16,750 bases of DNA, taken from NCBI GenBank assembly GCA_964510165.1, contig CAZEBC010000014.1, positions 4,575-21,324 on the forward strand. Reading direction: 5' to 3'. This DNA is from an uncultured bacterium. GTDB lineage: Bacteria > Abyssobacteria > SURF-5. Of this stretch, positions 15,110-16,750 are shown one piece after another. A model generated the notes under the pieces. It worked only from the letters and a program-made list of their open reading frames with translations. It searched no databases and was not told the DNA's origin. Each line of letters begins with the position of its first letter. Position 1 is the first letter of the stretch. The translations under genes were made by a program, and so were the position numbers.

Positions 15110-16059
15110 TCGTATCTCCTGGCGCGGATGACCTGGACGATATCGGAGGCCACCTGCAGCGCCTCGCGCGCGTCGCGGCCGGAGACCGCTGGAGCGCGTC
15201 CGGTACGCACGCTGTCCACGAATGCCTCTATCTCGCGCCTGAGCGGCTCCTCTTTGTCCACGGGGACGCTCTCGACGATTATCGCCTGAGGGTTCTCCCA
15301 GTCGATGGGTCCCTTTCTCAACTGATAGCACTTGATTGACTGGGCCGCGTAATCCAGCGAGAAATAGGTATAGGGCTGGAATATGCGAATCTTGCGCATA
15401 GGCTCGGCCGATATGCGGCTCGCCGTCACGTTGGCGACGCACCCATTGCGGAACAGGAGCCTGGCGTTGGCGATGTCTTCCTCGTTCGAAACCAGCGGCA
15501 CTCCCACTGCGTCGATTATCCTCTCTACGGGCGAATTCAAGAGATTAAGGATGATGTCCAGGTCGTGTATCATCAGGTCGAGCACGACGTTGACGTCGCA
15601 GCCGCGCGGAGTGAAAGGCGCCAATCGGTGTGACTCTATAAACATGGGCTTTCTTATCCGTTCGCGCAAGGTCTGGACGGCGGCGTTGAACCGCTCGAGA
15701 TGACCCACCTGCAACGTGACGTTATTCTGCCGACTGAGTTCTATAAGCGTGTCGGCCTCTGTGACGGTCGTCGCTATCGGCTTCTCAAGGAGCACATGTT
15801 TTTTCTTGCGCAAGAAGTATTCAGTTACCTCAAAGTGCTTGCTTGTGGGCACCGCCACGCTCACGGCGTCCACCTGTTCGGCCAACTCCCTGTAATCTAA
15901 GAAGGCCCTTGTCTTCAAATCGGCGGCCACTTGCCTGGCCCGTTCCTCGTTGATGTCGGCGACGCCGGCCAGCTCCACGTTCGGGAGCAAGGCGAGATTG
16001 CGCGCGTGATGAAAACCGAGATGGCCAACGCCGGCCACGCCCGCCCTGATCTTATCCAT
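15106..16059 (-). CDS. Gfo/Idh/MocA family NAD-dependent oxidoreductase, candidate GnnA-like UDP-GlcNAc 3-dehydrogenase, 317 aa
   Basis: GVAGVGHLGFHH Rossmann motif; HVLLEKPIA; QVGHLERFN; DVNVVLDLMIHDLD; NGCVANVTASRIS. Lies between lpxA and lpxB. Confidence 0.88.
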   Translation of the reverse strand: MDKIRAGVAGVGHLGFHHARNLALLPNVELAGVADINEERARQVAADLKTRAFLDYRELAEQVDAVSVAVPTSKHFEVTEYFLRKKKHVLLEKPIATTVTEADTLIELSRQNNVTLQVGHLERFNAAVQTLRERIRKPMFIESHRLAPFTPRGCDVNVVLDLMIHDLDIILNLLNSPVERIIDAVGVPLVSNEEDIANARLLFRNGCVANVTASRISAEPMRKIRIFQPYTYFSLDYAAQSIKCYQLRKGPIDWENPQAIIVESVPVDKEEPLRREIEAFVDSVRTGRAPAVSGRDAREALQVASDIVQVIRARRYE

Positions 16060-16123
16060 TGCGAGAATCCAAACTCAGGAAAGCGTTTATGTGTGAAAAG
16101 AAGCCCGACGCAGAACGAATCGC

Positions 16124-16750
16124 CTACTTGCAAATGCCGCGGCTGGAGTTCTCGATAAACTCGATGAGGTGGTCGATTTCCGGACACGAGTTGAATTCGG
16201 CCCGCAGCCTTTCAAGCGCCTGCGAAGTGTTCAAATTGGAGCGACAGACGATCTTGAACGCCCGCTTGATCTCTGTCCTGACTTCCTCGGGAACTCCGTT
16301 CCGTTTAAGACCGACAAAATTGACGCTTTGCCACCTGGTCGGGTGACCGTCCACCATCGAGTACGGCATGACGTCCTGAATAACCTTCGAGCAACCGCCC
16401 ACGATGGCCATCTTTCCCACCCGCACGAACTGATGAACCGCCGACAGCCCGCCCAAAATGGCCTTTTCCTCGACGGTGACATGGCCCGCAAGGGTGGCGT
16501 TGTTGGCCATGACGACCCCGTCACTCACGGAGCATTCATGGGCGATGTGCGTGTACGCCATCAGCAGGTTGTTGTTGCCCACACGCGTCGGGTGCTCTTC
16601 CGACGTGGAGGTATTGATCGTCGCGTACTCCCGTATCGTATTGTCGTCCCCCACAATAACAAATGTCTTGCCGCCCTGGTATTTCAAGTCCTGAGAGGCG
16701 GTCCCTATCACCGCCCCCGCGAAAATCCGGTTGTTCTTTCCGATGATGGT
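16124..16750 (-). CDS. lpxA: Acyl-ACP--UDP-N-acetylglucosamine acyltransferase LpxA (5'-truncated by the window edge)
   Basis: Frame stays open to the window end (TIIGKNNRIFAGAVIGTASQDLKY); hexapeptide repeats; IREYATI; LMAYTHIAHEC; LAGHV; VHQFVRVG; NFVGLKRNG; C-terminal SSRGICK. Confidence 0.96.
   Translation of the reverse strand, partial: TIIGKNNRIFAGAVIGTASQDLKYQGGKTFVIVGDDNTIREYATINTSTSEEHPTRVGNNNLLMAYTHIAHECSVSDGVVMANNATLAGHVTVEEKAILGGLSAVHQFVRVGKMAIVGGCSKVIQDVMPYSMVDGHPTRWQSVNFVGLKRNGVPEEVRTEIKRAFKIVCRSNLNTSQALERLRAEFNSCPEIDHLIEFIENSSRGICK

Noticed and set aside
13924-15442. ORF-track N-terminal extensions of polA (to 14034) and lpxB (to 15442); likewise rlmI (from 5985)
   Set aside because: They overlap upstream genes, and family homology begins at 13923, 15109 and 6156 respectively.

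Overview
GC-rich bacterial chromosomal window from a diderm (LPS-making), probably anaerobic organism. It has no rRNA, tRNA, CRISPR or transposase. The right half is housekeeping: a minus-strand run lpxA (partial) - Gfo/Idh/MocA oxidoreductase (GnnA-like position) - lpxB - polA - rho, converging on plus-strand lptF-lptG, which follow an RlmI-like rRNA methyltransferase. The left half is an accessory minus-strand cluster: FabK/nitronate-monooxygenase-family flavoprotein, VOC metalloenzyme, split aconitase X (large and small subunits) and an ADP-forming acyl-CoA synthetase alpha subunit. Its spacers hold GTAG-type REP palindromes and heptamer tandem repeats. The main hidden feature is the gene at 5165-6139 (+), which the ORF track truncates at 5261. 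It encodes two tandem C-GCAxxG-C-C redox domains. An in-frame TGA (5237-5239) sits exactly where the second domain has Cys (H-U-A versus H-C-A, same spacing to the next Cys), and a SECIS-like hairpin follows, so this is a probable selenoprotein. All family assignments come from motif recognition by eye; no database searches were run.
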